Origin: Hemiscyllium ocellatum
Taxonomy: Eukaryota
Length of the DNA stretch: 64,000 nt
Assembly (NCBI RefSeq): GCF_020745735.1
Contig: NC_083417.1
Location: 63,798,001 to 63,862,000 of the forward strand
Direction of reading: 5' to 3'
Shown: positions 26,395 to 39,640 of the stretch, piece after piece
Layout: each line of letters starts with the position of its first letter
How positions within the stretch are numbered: the stretch's first letter is position 1
Position numbers and translations under genes: made by a program
The notes under the pieces: model-generated
Told to the model about the DNA's origin: nothing
Database searches by the model: none
What the model saw: the letters and a program-made list of their open reading frames with translations, nothing else

Positions 26395-28700
26395 GATGCC
26401 CTCTGGGAAACAGGCAACACAGGATTTAGCGTTGTGCAATGATACAGACTCGACAAGCGAGCTTCAGGTTAAGGAAACCTAAGGAAGCAGTGATCATGAC
26501 ATAATCGAATTTACTCTGCAAATTGAGAGTAAGAAGATAGAATTAGAGGTAACGGTATTAAAGCTGAATAAAAGCAACTACAGACGCATGAGGGCAGATT
26601 GAGGTAGAATTGACTCTAAGAGTTGGCTAGCAGAAAAGACAGTGGAACATCGATGGTAGCAGTTTCTGGGAGTAATTCAGGGGACACAGCAGAGATTCAT
26701 CCCAAGGAATTTGAAGCATGGTACAGGGAGGATGAGACAACCATGGTTGATGAGGGAAGTCATGGATGGCATAAAGCAAAAGAGCAAGTATATAAAATAG
26801 AAAAGAAAAGTGCGAAACTAGAGGATTGGGAAACTTACAAAGACAAACAGAGTGCAACAAAAATGAAATAAGGAGGGAGAAGATTAAATATGAGGGTAAT
26901 CTAGCCAGTAATATCAAGGAAGACGGTAAGCATTTCTTTAGATTTATAAAGGGTGAAAGAGAGGCAAAAATGGACATTTGGCCACTGGAAAATGGCGCAG
27001 GAGAGGTATTAGTGGGAAACAAAGAACTGTCTAAGGAACTGAATAACTACTTTGCATCAGTCTTCACAGTGAAAGACATGAGCAATTTCACAAAACTTCA
27101 AGCCAGTGAGGGAGCAGAACTGAGTATGCTGATCATCACCAAGGAGCAGGAGCTAGAAAAACTGAATGGCCTGAAGGTGCTATATCACCTGAACCCGATG
27201 GACTACATGCCAGAGTTCGAAGGGAGGAAGCTGATGAGATAGTACAGACGTTAGTGGCAATCTTTCAGGAATCACCAGAATCAGGGAGGGTCCCAGGCAA
27301 CTGGAAAATCGCTAATGTCACATTCTTGTTTAAAAGGGAAGTAAGGTAGAAGACAGAAAATTACAGACCAATTAGCCTAAACTTGATCGTGGGTAAGATC
27401 ATCGAATTAATTGTGAAGGATGAGATTTCTGAATATTTGGAAGTGTATGGTAAAAATACGGCATGGTTTCATCAGGATTAGGTCATGTCTGACAAATCTG
27501 TTAGAATTCATTGAGAGTGTAACAAGAAGATTAGACCAAGGAAAGACAATGGATATAATCTACCAGGACTTTAAGAAGGCCTTTGACAAGGTGCCACGCA
27601 AGAGGTTACTAAGTAAGATAAGGTCCCATGATGTTACAGGCAAGGTATTAACATGGAATGAAGCTTGGCTGCCTGACAGAAAGCAGAGCGTGGGGATAAA
27701 AGAGTCCTTCTCAGGCTAGCAAGTGATGCTCTGCAAGGCTTAATGTTGTGATCACAATTTTCACTTTATGTATTAGCGATCTCGGTGAATGGACTGAGGG
27801 TATTCTGGCTATATTTGCAGATGATACAAAGATAGGTAGAAGTACAGGTAATGTTGAGGAGGCGGGGAAGCTGCAGAAGGATTTGGACAGGTTAGGAGAG
27901 TGGGCAAAGATGTGGCAGATTGAGTACAAGGTGGGCAAATGTGAGGTCGTGCACTTGGTAGAAGAATAGAGGCATGGACTATGTCCTAAATTGGAAGAAC
28001 ACTCAGAAATTTGAAGTGCAAAGATACTTGAGGGTTCTAGTCCAGGCTTCTCTCAAGGTAAACTTGCAGATTGAGTAGCTAGGAAGGCAAATGTAATGGT
28101 GCATGCATACAAAAGCATGAATGGATTTCTGAGGCCCTTTCAGGCTCCCACCTGGCAATATTAGAGGATTGTGCACATTTTTGACCCCTGTATCTCAGAA
28201 AAGGATGTTCAGGCCCTGGAACGTGTTCAGAGGAGATTAATGAGAATTGTGCCACGAATGAACATCTAAACATATGAGGAAAGTTTGAGGACTCTGGGTC
28301 TATACTTATGGCATTTAGAAGGATGAGATAGGGATCTAATTGAAACTTCCAGAATACTGGATGGCCTGGACAGCGTGGATGTTGGGAAGATGTTTCCACT
28401 ATTAGGAGAGACTAGGAACGAAGGGCACAGCCTTAGAGTAGAGGGAGAACGTTTTAAAACAGAGATAGGGAGAAACTTTTGAGCCAAAAAGTGGAATTCA
28501 CTGCCACAGAAGGCCATGGAGGCCAGGTCATTGAGTAAATTTAAGACTGAGATCGATAGGCTTTTGAATGTGATGGGGATTATGGGCTATAGGGAGAAAG
28601 CAGGAGAATGGGGTTAGGAAATCTATCAGCCCTAAGTAAATGGAAGAGAAGACTCCATAGGCTGAGTGATCTAATTTCCTCTCCCATGTCTTATGGTCTT
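26395..28700 (+). mobile_element. CR1 LINE of a second subfamily, degenerate ORF2
   Basis: YQDFKKAFDKVP and FADDTKIG RT motifs; tail tcttatg. Confidence 0.92.
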
Positions 28701-31049
28701 TTAAGGTGTTACTCGTTCTATTTAATTTCCAATGAGTACAGGCCAAGTTACACACTCTCTCCTTATAAAGCAGCCCTCCAAACCTGGGATCATCGTACTC
28801 AACCTTCTCTGTACTTCCTCACATACTATATACCTTTCCTGAGATCATGAGACCAAAACTGTTCACAGTATTCCAACTGTGATCTACCTCGTGCTTTCTG
28901 TACTCTTTATATTTTATTCCCTTGAGAGTTGCTTTGTTTTGCACTTGTGTTCAATCAGCTTTAACTGTAACTCATTGCTAATGTGACTCCATTAATTCTC
29001 CTGGAATATTTGCTCTTTCTTGTATTCTACCAAGCCCAAATGCTGGGTTAATAGTTCAATTATCGCTGCCTTCTTAGCAGTGAGTGGGCAATTTATTTGT
29101 CAATGCTTTCCACCCCATTTTTACTAACTTGCAAATTTGTCGAGGGTATCTCTCTCAACTGTAATGGCATTTTCTGTATTTCTAATGCCATCTTTATTTT
29201 CACATCAGGAGGCAAGTATCGATCCTTTATGAGTTGTACTAAGTCCGGATCCAGCCCGCAAAATTTTTGTCGCCATTCAAACAAAAAAAAGTGAACCAAT
29301 ATTTGCCTCGCCACACTCAGAGGATAGTTTTCACATATAACTCCAAGGCTTCTTAGTATTGTTTAACTTCGACTTCTCAGTAAAGACTTGTTTCTTATTT
29401 ATTGGAGTCAAATTTTAATGTTAGATTTTGGTCCCAGAAACTGAAAGAAAAACACACGTTGCTTCTAATAAAGATTAACCAAGAGTCTAAGTGAATTGTG
29501 TGAATAATTCTTAAGAAGATGGAATAGTTATTGCAGGATTTCATTAGTAGGGGAACTAGTGTTTTACTATTGATTTAATTTGGTTATAATGACATTCTCT
29601 AATTGATTAATGCGAAGCTATAATAATCTGTTTAAGATTAGCCAATGCAGATCTGTACACTCAAAATCACGTGACACTAATTGACGCCATTTGACAAATA
29701 AATTAACTTTGGGATCACAAACAGCACAAAGAAAACAACCTAATGCTTAGAATTTCAACTATAAAACTGACAAAGATCCAAGGTTGAATAAGGCAAAGAT
29801 GCTATACTCCCAGCTTATTCCTCTTTGTCAAGAATTCATAAAAACTGCTGAATTCTTCACTTTATTTTCTTAGAAAGTTATTAATGCATTAATTGTAATA
29901 TTTGCAAAACAATTAACTTTTTCCTTATGCATTTTACGCTTCCAATTGACAATATATACCTATAACATTTTGTGGAATTTACTTTACAAGTGTAGACATG
30001 AGCTCAAGATGTCAATCTTAGGTCCTGACCAGATATCCCTCCCTTTGTTTCTTTAACAAAAAGGTAAAGAATATTTCACACTACCCTCTTATCTTAGTAA
30101 AAAGTCATAAAATGGCCATAACAATCTTTACTTATGAGGATGAACAGTTGGGTAATTGTCAACTTAAAAAATCAGAAAATAGATAATGGAAGGTGATCTC
30201 AGTTGAAGTTCATCATCCTTAAGTCCAACGAGAAATTGATTGTGTATCCAAAAAGATGAGAAACATGGAAGGTAGAAGCAGCAGTGGGTTGTCTGGTCAC
30301 ATGAGGCTTTTCCAACATTCAACTTGATCATGGCTGGTCTTCAATCCTTTGACCTTCCCCTCCTCTCTATCCATTGTTTCCTTTAGACACTGGAGCTATG
30401 TCTATCTCATTCTTGGAAATGTATGATATAAAGGCCTCGACCATTTCCTGTGCAACTGAATTCCACAGACTCACCACTCTCTGTGTGAAGAAATTCTCCA
30501 CATCTCAGTTACTTCTCCTCATCTTATCTTTGTCCTTTATCTTTACTTAAACCAATTAGCAATAAGTCTTTCTGAGCCTAGGTTAATCACAATGTAATGA
30601 TGGAATTAAACATGCTCTGTGTTGTGGTTTGAAAACAGTTAGTAAACTACAGCTTTCGAGAACAAGGCACGAATGACAGAGTTTGAAATTATCCTTCTTC
30701 GAGACAGACATGAAAGGCATTTTAGAGAGACTGAGGTATTTGAGAGAAACTGAGAAACAAATGTCAACCTGAGCCATAAGCAGAACCAGACATCAAAAGC
30801 CCACTATATTCATAAATTCACTGACCTGCTTTTTTAATAGGTAGTATTTGTAAGCGAAGTAAAGTTAGCTGAGTTACTGTAATAGATTGTTTCTTGTTTA
30901 CTTCATAGTTAAAACCTCAAATGAGCAATTTAATATTGGAATTTGAGTGTAAGAAACCTAAATATGTAATACACAGGCCAGTGGAATGCTACTTCCAAAT
31001 ATTGAAATCGCACAAGATCATGCAATCTGCTTTGGAAAAGGGTCTGCTG

Positions 31050-31260
31050 AGATTCCTTTGAAATGTAAGCTTCTTGTATGAGAGATTAAATATTACTAAT
31101 CGCAGTCCCCAAACTTTTATCGGCATTTCAAAACCCTCAATGTAACTGAATTTTGATATTGTTTGTTATTGCTGTCGTATCACTTAAAGATGATGCACAT
31201 TCCAAAGAAATGTCAATGTGATAGCTAATGCATTGTCCAGAATTGATCCTTTTCCAAATT
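31050..31260 (+). mobile_element. Gypsy-type pol (RNase H end) remnant
   Basis: LLLSYHLKMMHIP..NVIANALSRI resembles the LQxY...KxNVIADALSR motif. Confidence 0.5.
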
Positions 31261-32456
31261 AACTAAGTATCAAAATGAGCCAAAGTGTAACTCCAATGGC
31301 CATAAAGAACATTTTTGTATTGATTTTCTTCCCCTGCTTCAATGCCTTGTAATTGCAACAATGTTACAAACACAACCAGCAGAGAAACTTGCTCAGAATT
31401 ATACAGCCTCGAGAACGTTTGCAGTGATAAGTCACACAGCACAGATTGTAACTGGGATATGAGTGTTATATTTTTGCCGTAACAGAGAGAGTATTTTAAT
31501 CCTCACTGAGATCCATCCAACCAATTGTTCCAACATGCTTTCTTTCTAACTTATCTGAATAATGTGATTGAGTTGGTAATCCATCACGTGTCACTTTTAC
31601 CACTTGTGAAGGGTTCTGGAAGAAAACTTCCTTGGAATCTTGGTCATTATTGAAATGAAGAGAAATCAGTAAGCTGCAATGTTGCAAAAAAGGCTCTTAG
31701 TTCTAACAGTCTGTGTGTGTCCAGAATAATTTCTGAATCAGAACAACAAATGGGACAACTCGTGATTTCATGATACTTTTAATTAAACTGTCACTTGGAC
31801 AATGTGTGTGTTAAAGTGAATGCAGAATTTCCATTATTCTACTCTCCTCAGATGTATGTGTTGCTTCTGCAATAGATTTATTAAAGATAGATGCATACGT
31901 GCAGTACGTTATTTTCCTTTAATTTTGCTTCTTTATTTAAGTAATTCGCCTTGGTGGTAAAAATATCAATTTATTTTTGAGTAAAGGAACTTCCCTGACT
32001 TGTTCTCAATATAGAACATTAAACTGTCTGCAATTTATATAGTTGACCAAATCCAAACATAGCTATATTTAAAGTATGTTACGAACAGTACAAGAATGGA
32101 ACTAGGAAAAGAAAATGGTTCTCTTCTCCATCATCACTCAAAACAATTGAAACAAAAAAAGTCACGAAACAATGGAAATCGATGCCACATAAGATGAGGC
32201 ATTCACACATTCTCAGCTATATCAAGAACGCATTTTGAAAATTTACAAAGACAAACATGAAATCGAATATCTGATGTGAACTATCAGTCTATTGGATTAA
32301 TGCCGAAACATGCATGAAATAAAACTGCTACAATTCACCACAAGACACTTTTTCCGTATTCTGCAATTAACAAAACTAAATTTAAAATTATATATATTTG
32401 TGCTTTGAGCTCAATGGCAGAACTACATCCTTTGATTAGCTTGATTAGTAACTCAC

Positions 32457-32751
32457 CATTGTCGATATTAGTTAAGTGGGTGCTTTAGACATTATGTTAA
32501 AAATTATGCAGGGGTCACCCATACATTGACTTGCATGTGCGTTATTGTTAAATGTACACTACCACTTTGATTAATGCATTATTAAAATGATTTATATCTC
32601 GTTGTTTCAATATTGAAGCAACAAAATACCACTGGAAAATCTGTTGTGGCACAATAAGGCACAGTATTAACGACTGAGCTGATTCCATTCAAAGTTCCAC
32701 GGTCTCAAAGAAACAGGATTGCGTTTTACCTTCTTTGGTAGTAACTTTAAT
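32457..32751 (-). pseudogene. Possible relic Ig-domain exon in the triplicated module
   Basis: 295 nt between ttgttag| and G|GTGAGT; fragments LILC...QWYF and SGSVHLTITHMQVN..GD.C; many stops and frameshifts. Confidence 0.35.
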
Positions 32752-33219
32752 CTAACAAGTTAAAAAAGACACATAACATAGGTTGGTTACATTGATTATT
32801 TACTTAAAGAGCGAAGGAACAACATTGTGCCATGGCCATAGCAATCAAAAGAAGGAAATAGTTATAAACTGAAAATTTAAAACTACACTGTTTGAGTTGA
32901 GACTATGTTCTTTAAAAAGTCCGAACACAGAAATCATACATGATTTTTACGATTCCACATAGATAGATGTGAGCTAGGTGGATGTGTAACATTAACAAAC
33001 CACGATATTATTCCACAGACTGAATCTTCAACAATTTCATATCAGTCACATAACCAAGATTGACAGTCGCAATACAGCAAAGCACCACAGAAATCAAAAC
33101 ACTGACCTGGTTACATCACCCACAAAGAAAAAAAAACAAGAAATGCTGATTTAATAGTACGGACTCTGTCATTGTTTTGTTTTTACCTATGGTCAACACA
33201 GGTCAAACTGGAGGAGGAA

Positions 33220-33420
33220 GTGAAGACAGCAGATGCTGGAGATGAGAGTTAAAAAGTGTGGTGCTGCAAAAGCACAGCCGGTCAGATATCTATTCGAGAG
33301 GCAGGAGAGTCGACGTTTCGAGCATAAGCTCGATGATGAAGAGCTTATGCTCGAAAGGGGACTCTTCTGTTCATTGGATGTTGCCTGATCGGCTGTGCTT
33401 TTCCAGCACCATACATTTTA
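33220..33420. mobile_element. Short palindromic Penelope-terminus element (family A)
   Basis: Inverted arms centred on gagcataagctc...gagcttatgctc. Confidence 0.78.
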
Positions 33421-33814
33421 GCACTGTAGCTTTGCAAAATGTATTGACTGAATACAAATATAAATTATAACAGTAGACTTTTTGGGAATGTTCATTTCAT
33501 AAAGCAGGTAGAAGAAAATTAAAATAAAGTACTTTTTGACAGTATTCAGTGTAAGGATATCACTCTAATGCATTACATTTCATGTGCAAGTTTTCACGTG
33601 GAATACGCAAACCTGAGTTGACTGAACAGAAACATGAAATGAGAATCTCTTCTGGAGAAAAGGTTGTGTTCCTACCACTGGGCTAGGATGCTTGTAGTCA
33701 AGTCCCAACTGCTCCAGTATGTGCGCCAAATCATATCTGAACAGACTGTTTAGAAAATATTGGCATCAAAAGAATCGCATTAGTATTGAAATGTTTGTTA
33801 CTAATTTTTATCAT

Positions 33815-34240
33815 TTAAGTGAAAAGCATGTATGTTCCACTTGCTTTGAATCTGATTTGGGCATATTCTGTAAGTTTGTTCGTAAATTTTGTACTTCTTC
33901 ATTTGCTCTGTGCATATCATCTCGTCAAAGGCTATGACTAATTCAGTCTGCAAATACAATGTTTCACAATATCACTAATCTGTCATTTTTCCAATTATTT
34001 TAACTGATGTTTCAAGGCAGTTACCAGAGAAAGGTATAAAACACTGATGTTCTAAAGTGTCAAAGTCCACAAAAACACATTTCTTTCATTATTGTATGAA
34101 TGCTACTGGCACGTCGGTGATCAGTGCCAGCAAGGCTTACCTTGTCCCATATACTTTCCCTCTCAACATTGGTGTCGAGATGATTTCTTACCTCTACTTA
34201 AATCTAATACAGTACAATGCATGAGATCAGTTACTTCTCC
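33815..34240 (-). pseudogene. Decayed pair of cytoplasmic ITIM exons (A-like 34240-34141, B-like 33947-33815)
   Basis: MHCTVLDLSRGKKS aligns with VQYTAVEFSRGKRT. The B-like exon keeps TEYAQI (33854-33871). Splice signals persist, but stops and frameshifts are present. Confidence 0.7.
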
Positions 34241-34629
34241 CTGCATGAGGCATAAACCAAATATTTAGCTATGTAGTTGTATGTTTTCTCCCTTTTGCAT
34301 ACTTGGTAAACAACAGTGGACGAGGGTGAGGAGCACAGGCAATAAACCACAAACATTTACACAAACACTCTCATTGGAGCTCTGTGACTCCTCCAGTTCA
34401 TATATAATTCTGCCAATATTTAGTCCACAAGACGTCATCACTGACATGAGCAGCAAATTTACAATAGTACGAATGACGTTTTCCCCTCAAATGTGCAAAC
34501 GGTTCTTACTTGGGCACATTTCAAAGGAATTTGGCAATTTTTCTTGAATGGTTAAAACATTCACTTGAACCATTAGTTATCAGGTACACTTCCTATCATG
34601 GTTTTAAAGTCACTGACAGCTGATCACTA

Positions 34630-35411
34630 CTGCAAATGTGTTGCTGGTCAAAGCACAGCAGGCCAGGCAGCATCTCAGGAATAGAGAATTCGACGTTTCG
34701 AGCATAAGCCTTTCATCAGGAATAAGAGAGAGAGCCAAGCAGGCGAAGATAAAAGGTAGGGAGGAGGGACTAGAGGGAGGGGCGATGGAGGTGGGATAGG
34801 TGGAAGGAGGTCAAGGTGAGGATGATAGGCCGGAGTGGGGTGGGGGCGGAGAGGTCAGGAAGAGGATTGCAGGTTAGGAGGGCGGTGCTGAGTTGAGGGA
34901 ACCGACTGAGACAAGGTGGGGGGAGGGGAAATGAGGAAACTGGAGAAATCTGAATTCATACCTTGTGGTTGGAGGGTTCCCAGGCGGAAGATGAGGCGCT
35001 CCTCCTCCAGCCGTCGTGTTGTTGTGTTCTCCAACCACAAGGTATGAATTCAGATTTCTCCAGTTTCCTCATTTCCCCTCCCCCCACCTTGTCTCAGTCG
35101 GTTCCCTCAACTCAGCACCGCCCTCCTAACCTGCAATCCTCTTCCTGACCTCTCCGCCCCTACCCCACTCCGGCCTATCACCCTCACCTTGACCTCCTTC
35201 CACCTATCCCACCTCCATCGCCCCTCCCTCTAGTCCCTCCTCCCTACCTTTTATCTTAGCCTGCTTGGCTCTCTCTCTTATTCCTGATGAAGGGCTTATG
35301 CTCGAAACGTCGAATTCTCTATTCCTGAGATGCTGCCTGGCCTGCTGTGCTTTGACCAGCAACACATTTGCAGCTGTGATCTCCAGCATCTGCAGACCTC
35401 ATTTTTTACTC
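34630..35411. mobile_element. Young Penelope-derived foldback insertion (345-bp inverted arms, 54-bp spacer, TSD)
   Basis: Arms 34630-34974 and 35029-35373 differ at about 4 positions; direct repeat gacagctgatca(c/g)tact at 34615-34631 and 35412-35428. Confidence 0.92.
35280..35315 (+). ncRNA. Minimal type I hammerhead ribozyme motif in a Penelope terminus
   Basis: ATTC-CTGATGA-A-GGGC-TTAT-GCTC-GAAA-CG-TC-GAAT: intact core, stem I, stem II and palindromic ACGU stem III. Confidence 0.72.
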
Positions 35412-35745
35412 GACAGCTGATCAGTACTTCAGAAAATACACGTGTGCTGTTCCGGAATGTTTATGTCATATTGTTTCTATGATAGCAAAATGATTTGACA
35501 TTTCAATATCTACCTAAATGAATGACTGAACAGAACAGCTCTTCTTTACATTTTGGTTTATTTGTACATTCCTCTTTGCCTACAACAAATAAAATATATT
35601 GATATTTAAAATGCTTACTTAGTTCCTATATTCACGATTACAAATACATATCAAAAGTGAAAGCAATGCCGAAAATGTTTTAAAAGTTTGGATTGCACCA
35701 AGGTATTTAAAATATCGCACGTCATAGCAGCTGGAGGTCATGTTT

Positions 35746-36030
35746 TAGAGTCATAGAGATGTACATCACGGAAACAGTCCTTTCGGCCCAACTTTCCCAT
35801 GCCAACCCCAGGTATCCTAATTTAATCTAGACCTATTTGCTAGGACTTCGCCCATTTCCTTCTAAACCCTTCCTATTCATGTACCCATCCAGATGCCTTT
35901 TAAATGTTGTAATTTTACCAGCTGCCACGACTACCTCTGGCAGCTAATTCTATACATGCACCACCATTTGTGCGAAAACGTTGCCCCTTAGGTCCCTTTT
36001 AAATTCTTCTCCTCTCACCCTAAACTCATA
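35746..36030 (-). mobile_element. CR1 3' end
   Basis: tagagtcatagagatgtac terminus. Confidence 0.85.
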
Positions 36031-36499
36031 CTTGACTCAGACCATTCTATGTGTGATGACGAATTACCTTTCACTACAGACAGCCATGTAAAACCACCTC
36101 TTCATCAACATCTTGATAAACCACATCATTTCCCACGTCTTCGAACTTTTACTAAGGAGGAGGGTGCTAGCAAAGTCCTCATTTAAATAACACTGTCAGA
36201 CTTTCTGCCTCCATGTCCAAATCCGTGTTTTTCGTTTCTAGATTATGTTCACCTCCTTTTACGATTTATAATCTTCTTTTGTACTGGAGGAAGATTTCTT
36301 ATGCAGTTCCACAGGGGTCATATTAGGCTCTTGGTTTTCTAGACATGCTTATGACCTAGAAATTGGTATATATGTGCTGATAATCCGAAAATTGGCGCTG
36401 TGAAATATCAACATGTGACCGTGTGCTTAACTTCACTTTGCAAAGAAATGAACAATGGGATTGAAAACAGTAACGATAATAATCTAATGTTCAAAATTA

Positions 36500-39400
36500 T
36501 AGTTATACATTTGAGAAAGGTCCATTTAATTTCAGATCATGAATCCAAGGTTGAATAATTTCCAATTTATTGCTTTTTATCAATAAATTATAGCAGCTGC
36601 ACTCTTCTATCATTTTCTTAGAAGTTTGACGAAAATATAGCCTTTGTATTGGAATTAAAACTTACCTATGTATTTAATTCTAATTGTTAATATTCCATTT
36701 ATGACAATTTATGTAAATTAGCATGCTATTAGTCAACATGAGGTCAGTGATATTAACCTTTTGTCCTGACTGCATATACCTTTCTTTATTTCTTTGGCAG
36801 AGAGATAAGTAATTATTCACTCTGACCTCTCATTTTGCGAAAAGTCATAAAGTGACAATAACAGAATTTAATGAAATTGATGGATAATTGACAAATTAAA
36901 GAACCGGAAGAGAGATGGGGAGGTGACATAGGCCAGTGCCCATTACCCTTTAGAGCCAATTAGACATTTTTTATGCATCCATAGAAGCAAGAAATATAAA
37001 TGATAAAAGCAGAACTGGGCTACCTGATCCCTTGAGGCTGCTTTGCCATTCAATTTGATCATGTCTGGTCATTGAGCTCCATCCTTTGATTGTCTTCTCC
37101 CCTCCCCTCCATCCCTTGGTTGTTTTAGCCACAGGAGCTATATCTGCTATTTTGGTATTCTTGAAAATATGTATTGTTTTGTGCTCAACCTTTGTCTGTG
37201 GTAATAAATTCCACAGGCTCACCACTCTCTGAGTGATCAAGTTTCTCTATATCTCAGTTACTTCACTACATCTCATTCATGTCCTTTACCCTCGCTTAAA
37301 ATAGTTAGTAATAAGTCTTGCCAAGCCAAGACTAATCAGAATATATTTATAGCATTACCATGCTGTTGTTTATAGCTTGGAAACAGTTCATAAACTACAT
37401 CTTTCGAGAACAAGGTACTTATGAGTGATTTTGAAATTAACCTGCCTCCAGACAGACAATGAAGGCCCTTGAGACATTACAGTGAGACTGAGAAAACAAC
37501 TATCAACCAATGCCATAAGCAGAACCAGAAGTCGAGAGCCCAAGTACATTCATAATGCCACTGCCCTACTTTTGTAGGTAGTGTTTATAATATTGCCAAA
37601 TTTACCTGAGTAACTGCTCTGGACCGTTCCCTCTTTCTTTATTAGTTAAACTCTCAAATTAACAAATGAATGTGGGGATTTGCGTATAAACCCCCATAAA
37701 ACTTGTGAAAGACCCTGGACTGCAGAAGATCTGCGCTCAGCACTTTATTACAGGTTATCCTCATTCGCTTTGTTCCCCATCTGGAAATCATATCTCATTG
37801 AAGCTCTGCATTTCTGTACCTGGATGCCTGCAAAAAGTCTAAACAGCACTTGCTAAACCCCACAATTTGCACAAATTTAAACAATGTTAAAAATATTGTT
37901 GTTCAAAGATTACATATGGTGAGATATATTTGGTAGAAATGTATTAATTGCTTAAGCAATGAGAGGTCTACAAGGTTCCCCATGGGAGACTGGTTAGCAA
38001 CGTTAGATCTCACGGAATACAGGGGGGACTAGCCGTTTGGATACAGAATTGGCTCAAAGGTAAAATGGAGAGGATGGTGGTGGAGGGTTGTTTTTCAGAC
38101 TGGAGGCTTGTGAGCAGTGGAGTGCCACAAGGTGCTAGGTTCTCTACTTTTAGTCATTTATATAAATGGTTTGGATGCGACCATAAGAGGTATGGTTAGT
38201 ATGCCTGGAGATGACACCAAAATTGGAAATGTAGGATGCAGCGAAGAAGGTTGCTTCAAATTACAGCAGGATATTGATCAGATGGGCTAATAGGCTGAGA
38301 AGTGGCAGATGGAGTTTAATTCAGATAAATACGAGGTGCTGCATTTTGGGAAAGCAAATCTTAGCAGGACGTATTCACTTAATGGTAAGGTCCTAGGGAG
38401 AGTTGCTGAACAAAGAGACTTTGGAGTGCAAGTTCCTAGCTCCTTGAAAGTGGAGTCACAGGTAGATAGGACAGTGAAGAAGGCGGTTGGTATGCTTTCC
38501 TTCAATGATCAGAGTTTTGAGTACTGGAGTTGGGAGGTCATGTTGCAGCTGTACTGGACATTGGTTAGGCCACTGTTGGAATATTGTGTGCAATTCTGGT
38601 CTCCTTCCCATCGAAAAGATGTGGTAAAACTTGAAAGGGTTCAGATAAGATTTGCAAGGATGTTGCCAGAGTTGGAGGATTTGAGCTATCGGGTGAGGTT
38701 GGACAGGCTGGGGCTGTTTTTTATGGAACGTCGGAGGCTGAGGGGTGACCTTATTGAGGTTTATAAAATTTTATGGGGCATGGATAGGATAAATAGACAA
38801 AGTCCTTTCCCTGGTAAAGGTGAGTCCAGAACTAGATGACATAGGCTTAGGGTGAGAGGGGAAAGATATAAAAGAGCCCTAAGGTGCATCGTTTTCACAC
38901 AGAGGGTGGTACATGAATAGCAAAAGCTGCCAGAGGAAGTGGTAGAGGTTGTTACAATTGCAACATTTAAAAGGCATTTGGATGGGTATATGAATAGGAA
39001 GTGTTTGGAGGGATATGGGCTGGGTGCTGGTAGAAGGGACTAGATTGAGTTGGGATATCTGGTCGAAATGTACGATTTGGACCAAAGGGTCATTTCTGTG
39101 CTGTGCATCTCAATGACTGTATGGCTGTATAACCCTCCATCATAGTAACTTTGAATTAACAACAGTTTAAAAGAGATGAAAAGATGACATAAGTCAGTTC
39201 GATTGATTCTTTACATAAGACCAAAGGAACTCTAAACTGTAATCGCTGTTGCAAGCAGAATATGTGAAGAATTATTATAAATTCAAAATTGGAAAACTGC
39301 ACTCTTTGAGGAAATAGGACGGTTGAGATGATTTGAATGATTCTTTAAAAATGTCAGATCCCACAAAATATTTGATACTTAATGGTTCCACATGGATAGA

Positions 39401-39640
39401 TGTGAGCTCGGTAACTGGATAATATTAGCAAAAAGGACACGAGTGATTGAGGAGATTCATGAATTATTCCATAGACTGAACTGTCAACAATTTCATATCA
39501 GTAACATAAATAAGACTGGCAATCACAAGACAACAAAACAACATAGAACTCAAATCACTGACCAAGAATTATCACTCAGGATATGCTGATTTGTAGTAGG
39601 CAGTGTGGCCTTCAGAACAACCAGACATGTGTGTGCTTTT
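36500..39640. repeat. Local segmental-duplication module, copy B (interrupted by CR1 37960-39128)
   Basis: Same block order as copy A. Confidence 0.8.
37960..39128 (+). mobile_element. CR1 3' fragment
   Basis: ORF 38309..38839 is the RT C-terminus. Confidence 0.92.

Larger units (their letters stand above)
29770..33190. repeat. Local segmental-duplication module, copy A
   Basis: Collinear shared blocks (atccaaggttgaata; ccataagcagaa; taggtagt...ctgagtta; gtagtaactt; atagatgtgagct) with copies B and C. Confidence 0.8.

Noticed and set aside
31496-31687. ORF resembling a leader plus V-domain start (DSKEVFFQNPSQVVKV)
   Set aside because: No Cys or Trp at Ig positions, and it lies next to a Gypsy remnant on the opposite strand.
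34303-34360. Hydrophobic leader- or TM-like stretch (VCGLLPVLLTLVHCCLP) with donor A|GTATGC
   Set aside because: Only 62 nt separate it from the next relic exon and the phases do not match, so its role cannot be assigned.
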